64,000 nucleotides of DNA from Azolla caroliniana (taxonomy: Eukaryota > Plantae > Polypodiophyta). This document shows positions 37,005-50,084 of the stretch, piece after piece; positions within the stretch are counted from its first letter, which is position 1; each line of letters starts with the position of its first letter. Where the stretch lies: the NCBI GenBank assembly GCA_043228905.1, contig JBHGNT010000013.1, positions 14,570,001-14,634,000 of the forward strand. Direction: 5' to 3'. A program made the position numbers and the translations under genes. The notes beneath the pieces are model-generated. The model searched no databases. It was given only the letters and a program-made list of their open reading frames with translations, and had not been told where the DNA came from.

Positions 37005-40000
37005 TGTCGAATACGAGTGTATAATGGCCATATTCACACTGTCCCTTTGGACAGCCCAAGTTTGGGCTATTTCTGTAAATAGCATAAAGGGCAGTTGCCC
37101 TAGGACAGTCACTATATAAAGTGACTTTGTAACCTTTAGAAAAGGTTGGTTGTCATTCTTTGTAATTGTTGCTATTGGAATATAACTCTTTCTTTGTGCC
37201 TCTCTCTCTCTCTCTATCTTGCGTATGCGCATACACAGGTTCTTCTTCATCACGAATGTTGCTTGCACTTCTGCATTGACGGCGTTGTCCCCAACATTTG
37301 GTATCAAAGCGTTGGAGGTTCTTCAACCCGTTGTCGGCTGTCATTGTACACCACAACATTCTGTTTTTTGTAACTTCTTGAAGAACATAGAAGAGAGAAG
37401 ACAAACAAAAAGCTTGCATCTCACTATGTTAAATCACAAATTGGAGTAAGCCAGTCAGCTGTACTCTGTTCCTGTGATTGTAACCGCTTGAGGGGAGCTC
37501 CTTGAGCAACAACCGACCCAATCGTGCTTCATTCGGTTAAACAACATCCGAATAGGTCACGAGACGCTATTCACCCGCTTGTTGTAACCACCCGCTGCAG
37601 ATTGGTCTCCTAGAAACAACCAAATTCGTGCTTCATTCGGCTGATCGACATTCGGGAGGATAAGTTGGATCCGTCCCCCTCATCGTTGCAGTCATCCGAA
37701 GTAGAATTGGCCCAAACAATCGGTTTCTTGTAATCGGTATTCGGCATACAATCGGAAGCTAACCGGGCTCACTCCGACTCGGCAACATTTGGGAAGACCA
37801 GCCGGTTCTATCCCTCAAGTTACCAGAGTCACTCCGAGCAAGTTCAGCAACAAGTATTCGAAACCAAATCGACTTGGGTTCAAAACCGACTAGAACGATA
37901 TTGGGTGAGCCGACCGGCTGCACCCCACTAAGGTTCGTAGTCAACTCCGAACCGGGTCTTCCCAACCGAAACCAAATCAGATGGCATCAACATCCGGCTC
38001 ATCAGAAATGAGTCTAAGGAGGTTCGACGGTTCGAACTTCAACTTTTGGAAGGAACAAATGCAGGACTATCTCATAGTCAAGGGTCAGATAGACCCGATT
38101 GAGAATGAAAATCCTCCAGAAGCATACAAGGCAAATGAGTGGCTAAAGTTGGATAGAATTGTCCGCGCCACGATTCGGATGCACTTGTCGGAGTCAGTGT
38201 ACTTCACAGTGCAATCATGCACGACAACCTTTGAACTATGGAAAACACTGTTGGAAACTTATGAAAAGAAGGTCGTGGCAACGAAGATGTATCTGATCCG
38301 GCGCCTCTACAACTTGTGGATGAAAGAATCTGATTCGGTTCAGGCACACCTCAATGAGTACGAAAGCATAAGCTCCCAAATCTCGTCTCAGGGGATGACA
38401 ATCGAGGATGAACTCAGGGCAATGATACTCATGAGTAATCTCCCCTCTTCATGGGAAACTTTCGTTACAACCGTGTGCAATGCTTCAACAACTGCTGTTA
38501 AGTACTCCGAAGTCACGAGCGCAATCCTGACTGAAGCAATCCTAACTGAAGCAGCTTACGTAGTACAAGGTTCAACCGACCGATCGAACAACCGGGGAAG
38601 AAGTTCTTCCTGACCGCTGAACAATCAGCAAAACCGGAGCAAGTCCTAGGACAACCGAATTTGCAACTACTGGAAGAAACCGGGACACATCAAAGCCGAC
38701 TGTCAGGCACTCAAAGCAAAAACCGACAAAGCTTAGAGAGCGGATCAGAAGAGTAGCCGGCATCAGGAGGTCAACTACGTTGGCTCTTCAGCCAAAATTT
38801 TGACGACCAACCCGAACATACTGTCCATAGAGAACCCAGTCCAATCAGAAGTTCTGCTTACAACTGAGGAATCGAGCACATGGCTCCTGGACTTGGGCGC
38901 ATCGTATCATGTGACACCTCACCGATCTCAGTTTCGGCAATACTCGGACCGACACTCTAACTCAGTTCCAGTCGGAAACTCGCAACACTATGCTATAATA
39001 GGAATCGGCACCGTAGAGCTCAACCTTCCGGGCGGCTCTACACTCGTACTACACAACGTCTGATACGTTCCTAAGCCCTCAAGACCATCAACTTGACGAA
39101 GCCGACATCCGTGCCGAGTTCTCATTAGGAGGGTGGACACTCCACAAAGGGAACCTCCTGCTTGCTCGAGGACCAAAGGTACATTCCTTGTATCCATTAT
39201 ATGTCACACTCAAAGAGGGTGACTTATTTTTGGTTGATATCCCCGTGTCATCGATAGGGCACGGACAACTTGGACACCTCAGCAAGGTCGGCATAACGCA
39301 CCTATCCAGAGCTGGTTACATCCCCAAACTCTCCTTCTCGGATCACCAATTCTACGAGCATTGCCAGTACAGTAAACAGGTAGCCACATCACACCTGACA
39401 TCAGCACCAAGAGAATCGAGTCGCCTCGATTTGGTCCACTCGGACATCTGTGGCCCGATGCCACATCAGTCTCTAGGTAGTGCTTCGTATTTTGTCAGTT
39501 TTATTGACAACTCGACTCAGAAGGTGTGGGCTTACCCCATCAGAACCAAAGATCAGGTGTTCTCGATCTTCTCCGAATGGCTTGCAATGGTCGAAAATTA
39601 GACCGGTCGGAAACTAAAATGTCTCTGAATCGACAACGGAGGAGAATCCAAGTTTGAAGACATCGTCAAATTTTGCCGAGAACGTGGCATTCGACGTGAA
39701 TATACGGCACCTTATAGTCCGGAGCAGAACGGAATTGCAGAACGCATGAATCGGACGATTCAAGAACGCATAGTATCCATGCTCCAACACTCCGGACTGT
39801 TGGATGGCTTCTGGGCGGAGGCTATGCTTACGGTAGTACACATAATAAATATGTCGCCAAGTAGACCTCTAGGAATTCAAATACCTCAGGAAATATGGAC
39901 CGGCAGTAAGCCGAATTATGACAAGTTGAGGATCTTCGGTTGCGAGGCATATGCCCTCATACCGAAAGACGACCGCCGGAAACTCGGACCAAGATCAAGG

Positions 40001-42298
40001 AAATGCGTTTTCCTTGGGTATGGACCCGACGGCGAGATCGGATACTGACTCTGGGACCCCGAGCATAGACAAATCATCCAAAGTTCGGACGTCGTGTTCA
40101 ATGAGTCGGCTATGCATAAAACGGCCGAAAGGCCTATTGAAGTTCGAAGGGTAATATTTTCCAAAGTGCCAACCCTTCATGACGGCCTAGCCCACAACAC
40201 GAGATCGGTTTCACGGGTAACCGACAACTCTCGCACTGAATCCACCGATATGGCACAACCGAATGGCTCGACTCCCGACCATCCGATATTGACACCCAGT
40301 GTGACTAGTCCAGTCATACCTCGCAGATCCGAGAGACTGTCGCAACCTCCGAAGAGGTACTCTCCCGGAATTTCCTTTACCGACACCGGCGAAGAAGCAT
40401 TGACATCTGGTGATGGAGTCGGAAATGCACTCCATTCGCGCAAACAAGACTTGGGACTTGGTCAAATTATCGAAGAATCGACGTGCTCTTTTGTGTAAGT
40501 GGGTCTATCCACTAAAACAGACGTTTGACTTGACCAACCCAAAGTACAAGGCCAGATCAGTGGCGAAGGGATTTCGACAAGAATATGGCGTTGACTTCAA
40601 CAAAATCTTTTCACCAGTGGTGAAAATGACAACCCTTCGTTTCATGCTCGGCGTCGTGGCCGCCGACAACTTGGAGTTGATTCAGCTAGATGTAAAAACG
40701 GCATTCCCCCACGGTGACCTACAGGAGGAAATCTATGTGGAGCATTCGAAAGGCTTTGTGGCATCCGGCCATGAACATCTAGTCTGCCGACTCAAGAAGA
40801 ATCTCTACGGCCTGAAACAAGCACCCCGACAGTGGTACAAGAAGTTCGACGACTTCATCCAATCGGTCGGCTTCTCAAAGAGCGATGAGGACCACTATCT
40901 CTTCACCAAAACAGCTCAAGACGGGTCTCCCGTCTTCCTCATCATCTACGTTGACGACATGCTACTCTCCGATCGGCATGCCGGAGATCTCACCGAACTT
41001 GTTCGGAAACTACAGTTGAAGTTTGCCATGAAGGACCTCGGTCCGGCAAGACACATACTTGGTATGAAGATTAGTCGGCATTGGGATAAACGACAACTTT
41101 TCTTGTCTCAAACCGACTACATCGGACGTGTCTTGGAACGCTTCAACATGCACTCGGCCAAGTCTGCTTTGACCCCTCTCCCCAGTAACCTTCGGCTGTC
41201 TCAGCGAGACTGCCCAACATCCGGTCCAGAGGGGGAAGATATGAAGTCGGTACCGTATGCACCGACAGTCGGCGCCCTTATGTACGCGATGGTCGCGACA
41301 AGGCCTGATATCTCTCACGCCGTAGGAGTCGTCAGCAGATTCATGCACAACCCAGGCTGATCGCACTGGAACGCACTCAAGTATGTGTTAAGATATCTAG
41401 TTGGCACAAAAGACCACGACATTCTTTTTGGCCCGAATTCAACCTCAAGCATAGTTGGTTACACCGACTCAGACTTCGCCAGTTGTGTGGACAGTCGGAA
41501 ATCAACAACCAGATACTGTTTCAAATTCGGCAATGGAGCAATCTCGTGGAAGTCGAAACTTCAAGAGTGCACAGCCACCTCAACGACCGAAGTGGAATAT
41601 GTAGTTGCGTCCGACGCGGCAAAAGAAGCTTTATGGCTTAGTCGGCTGGCGCACACGTTTCGACAGGTCGACTCCGACTCGGCTCCAGTTGTCTACAACA
41701 ACATTCAGGGTGTTGTTGCTTTGTCAAAGAATCCGGTTCACCACAACGCCTCCAAGCATATCGACATTCGATATCACTTCGTTCGGGACTGCGTCATTTT
41801 AGGGAAAATCGGTCTCGAGAAAATATCCACAAACGATAATGTCATAGATGGAATGACCAAGTGTCTTTTGGCGGATCGTTTCCGGTCCCTTCGGCACCAG
41901 ATGGGCGTAACGAAAAATCGGTCTGGTTAAAGTCGAACACACAACACAGGATGGTTTTAGACCACCGACATCGGTTCTTTGAGGATCGGCTTTAGCTCTT
42001 CCGACCCGACCATTCGGTCTTCTATCTTCGGATCTTGCCGACTCTAACAAAACCGATCGGTCCAATAAACCTTGAACCCATGTATACGCCCATTACGGGG
42101 GAGTGTCGAATACGAGTGTATAATGGCCGTATTCACACTGTCCCTTTGGACAACCCAAGTTTGGGCCATTTCTGTAAATAGCATAAAGGGCAGTTGCGCT
42201 AGGACAATCACTATATAAAGTGACTTTGTAACCTTTAGAAAAGGTTGGTTATCATTCTTTGTAACTGTTGTTATTGGAATATAACTCTTTCTTTGTGC

Positions 42299-42344
<46 letters not shown>

Positions 42345-42425
42345 ATCTTGCATATGTGCATACACTGGTTCTTCTTCATCACGAATGTTGCTTGCACTTC
42401 CGCATTGACGGCCTTGTCCCCAACA
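37005..42425 (+). mobile_element. Full-length decayed Tork-like Copia nested in the RT of the 33865 element
   Basis: LTRs are 37005-37296 and 42104-42425 (TGTCGAATACG...CCAACA). TSD is ATATG/GTATG. PBS is TGGTATCAAAGC and PPT is ACGGGGGAG. Domains: gag 37981, RT 40410-41360 (IYVDDML), RH 41385-41930. Confidence 0.95.
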
Positions 42426-43951
42426 GTATGGACCTGGAGATCGAACAGTTGGATGTCAAATCCGCATTCCTGCACAAGGAGCTAGAAGAAGAAATCTACA
42501 TGCAGCAACCCGAAGGCTTTGAGGAGAAAGGGAAAGAGAACCTGGTGTGTCAACTAAAGAAAAGCTTGTATGGTCTGAAACAAGCTCCACGCCAATGGTA
42601 CAAGAAGTTCGAGTCCTTCATGATGGAACACCGGTTCTAGAAAACACAGGCCGATCATTGTGTGTTCGTCAAAAGGTACAAAGAAGGAGACTTCTTGATT
42701 CTCTTGCTATATGTTGATGACATGTTGATAGTCGATCAAGACACAAGGAAGATCAGAAGCTTGAAGAAAGCTCTAGGCAGGTCGTTTTCCATGAAAGACC
42801 TTGGATCGGCTAAACAGATCTTAGGAATGCACATAGTTCGAGACAGAACGCAAAAGGTGCTATGGTTGTCACAACAAAAGTATGTGACAAAGATCCTAGA
42901 AAGGTTTAACATGTGGGACACAAAGCCGGTCGGCTCGGTGTTGCCGACAAATCACAGGTTGAATGCAAAGCATTGCCCGAAAGGGGAGAAGGAGAAGGAC
43001 GAGATGAGGAAGGTACCATATGCCTCGGCCGTCGGCAGTCTAATGTATGCTATGGTCTGTACAAGACCAGACATAGCATTTGTTGTGGGAGCAGTAAGCC
43101 GATATATGAGTAATCCAAGAAGAGAACACTAGGCAGCGATGAAGTGGATACTCAGATACTTAAAAGGCACCTCAGGGGTGTGCCTAGGGTATGGTGTCGG
43201 AAAACCTGTGTTGGGAGGTTTTACCGACTCAGACATGTCGGGAGATGTAGACTCAAGCCGATCCATGTCAAGGTACGTGATGACCTATGGAGGGGGACCA
43301 GTGTCATGGCAATCACGGCTGCAGAAGTCTGTAGCCTTGTCGACTACAGAGGCAGAGTATATGGCGGCGGTAGAGGCCCGCAAAGAGCTGATCTGGATGA
43401 GAAATTTTCTCAACGAGCTAGGGATGAAGCAGAGGGAGTTCTTGCTTCACTGTGACAGCCAGAGTGTCATACATCTTGCCAAGAATGCTGCATATCACTC
43501 CCGGACCAAGCACATACAGAGAAGGTATCACTGGTTGGGGGAGAAAGTCGAAGAAGGAGAGTTTACACTTGTGAAGATCCATACAGATAACAATGGATCC
43601 GACATGCTCACGAAGAACCTACCTATGGACAGACTTAGAGTTTGTCGACAGAAGACAGGATTGACTAACTCCCTCCCACAGGAGTGAAGGAGGAGTTTGT
43701 TGGGGATATGTCCCTCTAGTGGGAGGAACCGACTATTCGGAAATAGCCGACAACCAACAGTCGAAGAGTCGATTATTTAAACAGATTATTATTATTATAG
43801 TAATAATAATAGTAATGATATGTAGCAGTGGCTACAATTGTAAATAGTCCACATGATGTATCAGTATATATACATCTAGGGCAAACATAGTAAGGTGATG
43901 ATAATAGAAGTGTCTATAAGAGAGACGTGAGAGAGAGAGAGAGAGAGAGAG

Positions 43952-44212
43952 AATTAGAATTAGAATTTTTATCGTCCATAAAGAGGCCAATTTTGACCTA
44001 TGGGACTAGAGTATACATGTGTTCTTGATATATGTCTCCTTCCTTAGAAGGGGTATTCATATGTTGAAGCACAAAGTCTCTATGTGTTAATAAAGCATAC
44101 ACATATGAGCTCAACCTTCTAGGTGGTGTCTTAAGTATGGATCTTAAGTTATCACTCCCTCTTAGTATGTCAACATATCTTGAACAAATTGCACTATATG
44201 TCGAGCATGTGA
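43952..44212 (-). mobile_element. 5'-truncated non-LTR retroposon end with (ATTCTA)n tail, inside (AG)n of an LTR
   Basis: It is absent from the matching 5' LTR and is flanked by AG repeats. The minus strand encodes TCSTYSAICSRYVDIL... and ends AAAAATTCTAATTCTAAT. Confidence 0.6.
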
Positions 44213-45457
44213 AGAGAGAGAGAGAGAGAGAGAGTGTGTGTGTGTGTGTGTGTGTGAATGAGTGAGTGAGAGCGGCACCATAGTTGTGTGCGTAATAGTA
44301 GACGCCAAGAACCCTGTGTGGGTGATACACTCATAATCAGAGTGTTGTAATCTTTGCCTTGTACATCCACTGCATAGTGAAGTTTCTACTCTCCCGTTTT
44401 AGGGTTTCCACATAAATCTCTATGTACTGTGTCGTTGTGTGCTTGTGTTGCGTATTTTTTTTAGCATTGTTTGATCTTGTGGGTGTTTTTGTTGAGAATC
44501 CAGCTCAACCCACCCTGGTGTGTAAACACACTAGAGAGTTACACACCACCACTATGTAACATAACTAAATGTCATAGGAATTACATTCTATGACACATCG
44601 TTAATGAGTCTTGTAACGTAACTAATGTTTCATAGGATTTACACTCGATGACACAGTTAATATTACGATTTCCCATTCCCCAAGATTCTAGAAAGTGAGT
44701 GAGTGTTTTAGTGAGACGGTGACCTTATATAAAGCACCCCCGGGGGCTTCACTGTCAAAACTTGTATGATAGCACGTGAGTTCATCAAAAGGGGTTTTAA
44801 TTAACCATTGAGATACAAAAAATATATATGTAAGGGTATTAATAAATACATAAAAAATATATTTACATAAGGGTGTTATCAATTATGCTATAGAAAAAAA
44901 TTACATAAGCCCATGAAATATTAGATATTTCAATGAGATAGTAAATAATATAATATGGAAACAATAGTCAATTTTGGAGCAGCATACATACATACATGCA
45001 TGATGCACATATACCTACATTCAAACATTACATCCATGAATATGTATATACATGCATTACACACATTTATACGTGCATAATGACTAAACATGAATATATT
45101 TACAAATATATATTACCATATATAAAGGAATGGGCTATTTGCCCCCCCCCCCCCAAAAAAAGAAACCTTTTTGGCCCCTCTATTTTGGCTATTTTGGCTA
45201 AACCACCCCCCCCCCCCCCCTTCCCCCCACAAAGAAAAAAAATCTCTGATAGTTCTTCCCCCATTTTGCCCCCCCCAACCCCATTTTCGTTCCCCTCCCC
45301 CAACAGAAAAACATTCTCTGATATAGCTTGGCTCCTCCCCCTCCCTCACCCAAAAAAAAACATTTTGATAGCTCTCTCTCCCTCACAAAAAAAAAAACAT
45401 TTTGATAGCTCTCTGATAGCTCTCACTTCGTAGCTCAACACATAGTTGTCCCCTCCA

Positions 45458-45660
45458 TTTTGCCCCCCAAATTTCTAGTAGTTCTCAACATTTTGGCTAT
45501 TTTGCCCCTCAATTTTCTGGTCGTTCTCAACAATTTGGCTATTTTGCCCCCCAAATTTCTGGTAGTCCTCAACATTTTGGTTATTTTGCCCCCCAAATTT
45601 TTGGTACTTCTCAACATTTTGGCTATTTTGCTCCCCAAATTTCTGGTAGTTTTGCTAATC
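45458..45660. repeat. 42-bp tandem repeat upstream of the MULE transposase
   Basis: About 5 copies of ATTTTGCCCCCCAAATTTCTGGTAGTTCTCAACATTTTGGCT. Confidence 0.9.
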
Positions 45661-45680
45661 CCCCATTTTGGCTTCACAAC

Positions 45681-46045
45681 ATGTCTCCCCAACCGTCTTC
45701 AGCTTCAATTATCAATAGAACCTTCACTGAGAGAGGGGCTCTAATCAGTTTTATCAAGGACCATTTCCGTGCTCAAAATATAATTGTTGTGGTGGATAAG
45801 CATAGTGACAATAGAAAAGTCACTTTCAAGTGCTACTATGGGGGAAAATATCGCAACCCTCTAGGCTTGACTGACGATACTCGCAAAAGACAAACAGGGA
45901 CTCGTCCAATGGACTGCCCATTCTTCATTAGAGCAAACTTCTCGAAGAAAACGGGACAGTGGACTATTAAAAAGGCAACTATTGTACACAATCATCCTAT
46001 TTCTGACAATCTCGGTGGTATATCAACAGCTCGTAGACTAACTGA
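45681..46045 (+). pseudogene. MULE transposase N-terminal FAR1/WRKY-GCM1-type zinc-finger domain (truncated)
   Basis: It encodes FKCYYGGKYRN...TRKRQTGTRPMDCPFFI...W.....IVHNHP...ARRLT, then runs into (CA/TA) low-complexity DNA. No DDE domain is seen. Confidence 0.8.
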
Positions 46046-47306
46046 TACATATTACACACATATATTATTATGCACACAATTATATACAAATACATATATA
46101 CATACCAAACACAAAAAATATACATACATAAATAAATTACATATTATATATACACACACACATACACATACACATACACATAAATACATATAGTGATATA
46201 TTATATGTATTACAAATCTACATACATACAAACAGTTATACATACACACACACATAAATAAATTATGTACATACTGTTGTCTACATATCATATAATCCAT
46301 TCATATTACAACATATACAAATTTACATACACATACATACATTATTTATATACATACATAGATGCATTACATATATATATTATATGTATGTATGTATGTA
46401 TACCCACACACACGCACATAAATAAATTATGTACATACTACATATCATATATCCATTCATATTACACAATATACAAATTTACATACACATACATACATAG
46501 ATGCATTACATATATACATACATTATTATATATATATATATATATATACGTTATATGGGACCATACAAACTACGATACTTAAATATTTACATACATACAT
46601 GATACACACATCATATATATGAGTGCATATTACGTACATGTTACAAACATACATACATTATATATGTATATTACATACACATACATACATACATTACATA
46701 TGTACATACATATCACCACATACACAAACACAAACACACACATGGTCATACACACTATAATAGTACATATATACATTCACATACATACATACATTATGTA
46801 CATCAATAGAAAATACACACACATAACACATACATACATAGACACATGCTATATATACAATACATAATACATATGTAGAAATATAGAACACACGCAAACA
46901 CACACATAACACATACGTACATAGACACATGCTACACATATGATACATACATACATATGCATATATAGAAAATACACACACACACAAACATTAACACATA
47001 CATACATAGACACATGCTATACATACAAATTTACAATACATATATAAGCACATCTATAGAACACGTGTGCGCACACACACACACACACACACCCATATAC
47101 ACACACATGTTGTACGTACAATACATACATACACACACATGCCATATACACAATACATACATAAACACATGCATAGAACATACACAATTATCCATGTAGT
47201 AGATACATACACACACACATGGCATACATACAACACATGCAATATAATACATACATATGCACACACACCAAATATACATACATACATAAGGCACATGTAT
47301 ACATAA

Positions 47307-47339
<33 letters not shown>

Positions 47340-47345
47340 AACATT
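46046..47345. repeat. (CA/TA)-rich low-complexity tract
   Basis: Degenerate ACAT/ACAC/ATAT repeats. A similar tract lies at ~48360-48900. Confidence 0.9.
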
Positions 47346-47546
47346 ATTTTTAAAACGTGTGGCAGAGTGACGCTAATTGTTTCAGAAAAAGGGGGGAGGG
47401 GGAATTACATTCTTGTTTTAGCAAAAAATAAGGGGGGAAATGAAGAGAATTAAAGGGAGGAGAGTATACCAAAAAATGTTATCTATTTTTTGAACAATGA
47501 TTTTATATCACCAAAAAATGTGTATCCAATATTTATCCATGACTAA

Positions 47547-48330
47547 CACTTCCATGAAACCACGAGATATGCAATGTTACATAGGCATGTCAAAGAAGAT
47601 GGCATTGAAGGTGATCTTATTCTATTCTTGTTATGATATATCTTCTGTTAGATATATCGTTTTTCACTTCCATGAAACCACGATATATGCAATGTTACAT
47701 AGGCATGTCAAAGAAGATGGCATTGAAGGCAATCCTATTATATTCTTGTTATGATATATCTTCTGTTAGATATATCGTTTTTCACTTCCATGAAACCACG
47801 ATATATGCAATGTTACATAGGCATGTCAAAGAAGATGGCATTGAAGGCAATCCTATTATATTCTTGTTATGATATATCTTCTGTTAGATATATCGTTTTT
47901 CACTTCCATGAAACCACGATATATGCAATGTTACATAGGCATGTCAAAGAAGATGGCATTGAAGGTGATCTTATTCTATTCTTGTTATGATATATCTTCT
48001 GTTAGATATATCGTTTTTCACTTCCATGAAACCACGATATATGCAATGTTACATAGGCATGTCAAAGAAGATGGCATTGAAGGCAATCCTATTATATTCT
48101 TGTTATGATATATCTTCTGTTAGATATATCGTTTTTCACTTCCATGAAACCACGATATATGCAATGTTACATAGGCATGTCAAAGAAGATGGTATTGAAG
48201 GCAATCCTATTATATTCTTGTTATGATATATCTTCTGTTAGATATATCATTTTTCACTTCCATGAAACCACGATACATGCAATGTTACATAGGCATGTCA
48301 AAGAAGATGGCATTGAAGGTGATCCTATTC
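47547..48330. repeat. 118-bp tandem satellite, ~6.6 copies
   Basis: CACTTCCATGAAACCACGATATATGCAATGTTACATAGGCATGTCAAAGAAGATGG... recurs every 118 bp (ORF starts at 47633, 47751, 47869, 47987, 48105). Confidence 0.97.
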
Positions 48331-49469
48331 TTTGAATGAAGGTGGTGTGAAGACGCACATACTCTCCACGCTCACATACATGCAAATATATATACAAACA
48401 AGCAAACATACATACATCCATACATACAAACAAACACATTCTAAACAAAAGAAAAACAAAAAATACAAAATGAAGAACAAAATAAATAAATACTTGTTAA
48501 AAAAAGTAAAAACAAAAATTAAACATGTTGCAAAATGATAGTATGTGAGTGATGCCAATAGTGATGAGTTTTGGCATCACTACCAACCTATTTTATTGTG
48601 ACATGTATAGAATCTAACATGCACATATATAGAACACATATATACATACATTCATAGACACACTGAACATAGACACATAGACACATGGCATAATACAATA
48701 CATAATGCAATACAATACAATACATACATACATAAACATGGAATACAATATAGTACATGTATACATAAACATGGAATACAACACAATACATACACACACA
48801 TAACATATACATATATACATATAGCCATGCATAAAATATGCCCAACACATTCAAATAATGCAATATATATTTATATACATTATAGAATATACATGTGTTT
48901 TTCTATGTAAGGGTATTTAAAATAGTTGTTGTCAAAATATATATTGACAATAAGGGGTATTTTTATTAACCGTTTTTTTACAAAAGGGTTTTAAAATAGT
49001 AAAAAAACATATGTATAAGGGGTTTATAAAATATATCTTGAACGCACGTGATACAACCTCTTTATATATAGTGGAGCCCCCGGGAAAGCACCCTCTTGTT
49101 GCTTTGTAGTTGTTGTTTAATCTCCCCTATAATGTTTGTTATTCCTATGCAGTTGTTATTCTCTACTTCTTGTTAATATACATCTTGAGTATTCTATTTT
49201 CCTATCTATCTTGTGTCTCTCCTCTCTCCTTGGTTCACACACACATAACACAAATCTCTAATCTATTACGTTGCACAAAACCACACTCTATTCTTTACAT
49301 GGTATCAGAGCAATTTGGTAGCTCGATCTAGCCCATCCTCATGTGTTGTGTTCTACGCCGACGATTCAAGAAGAACTAGCTCATCGCTATCCTAGTGCCA
49401 CTACGTAGCTCGTGTCCAAGAGAGAAGAAGAAGAAGAAGAAGGAAATCTGCATCAACCATCATGAATAC

Positions 49470-49915
49470 TATCAAGAGTAGTACTAGAGACTGGGAGGAT
49501 TAGTACTAGAGATAGAGTAAACGAGAGAGAGAGGGAGAGAGAGAGTACGATCAGTATTTGTACGAGATATAGAGAGAAGGGAGAGAGATTATGGGAGAAT
49601 CACGAGAGAGATAAAATGGAAGAGAGAAGTATGATAACAAAGAATATATTATATGGAAAGAGTTCAAGGATATTTAAGAGGCTTAATGAATGGCGTTGAA
49701 CCGAATTGGTTCTGAATAATGCCATATCCCTCTATTTATAGTATGATTAGGAGTATTCCTAAAGTTTCTAGAATGTTCCAGAGTAATCTAGAGTATACAT
49801 AATTTTCTATAATGAAATAACAAATGAAAATAATATTTTTTATATTGTAATTGTTATCCTACTGGTATGGCCTCAAATCGTGTAACATAAGGTCACGGGT
49901 TCAATCCCTCCCTTA
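49470..49915 (-). mobile_element. Gypsy-type LTR fragment (TCTAGA-rich family)
   Basis: It has the ATGGCGTTGAACCG motif, CTATTTATAG and TTCTAGAATGTTCCAGA, in the same layout as 4630-5145. Confidence 0.6.
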
Positions 49916-50084
49916 AGCAACGAGTGTTACAATGACTATATGGTATATGGTATATCACTACGTCTTTATGATGAAGGTGTAACATAAGGTCACAGGTTCA
50001 ATCCCCCCCCTTAAGCGATTCGGCTACAATGACTGTATGGTATATCACTATGTCTTTATGATGAAGGTGGTAATTGTTCGAATA

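Larger units (their letters stand above)
33865..44489 (+). mobile_element. Tork/Tnt1-like Copia element with nested insertions
   Basis: LTRs begin TGTTGGGGATATGTCCCTC at 33865 and 43698. PBS TGGTATCAGAGC is at 34281 and PPT is GGAGTGAAGGAGGAGTT. Domains: gag 34306, CFYCGKPGHFQKDC, INT 35696, RT LLYVDDML, RH 43139-43687. Confidence 0.95.
44739..49084 (+). mobile_element. Mutator-like (MULE) DNA transposon, internally deleted
   Basis: TIRs are CCCGGGGGCTTCAC / GTGGAGCCCCCGGG, with further imperfect inverted similarity (CACGTG.GTTCA). The TSD is AAAGCACC(C). A transposase N-terminus lies inside. Confidence 0.88.
44490..49470 (+). mobile_element. 5' LTR (44490-49299, split by a MULE), PBS and leader of a Copia of the 5370/18077 family
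   Basis: It starts TGTTGAGAATCCAGCTCAAC and ends TTCTTTACA|TGGTATCAGAGC. The leader is homologous to 10160-10300 (minus). Confidence 0.88.

Noticed and set aside
46052-47344. Cys/Tyr/His/Thr-rich ORFs
   Set aside because: They are artefacts of CA/TA low-complexity DNA.
47547-48330. 118-bp array as CRISPR, 5S rDNA or tandem peptide genes
   Set aside because: There are no unique spacers and no 5S sequence similarity. The repeated 79-aa ORFs arise because 118 is not a multiple of 3.
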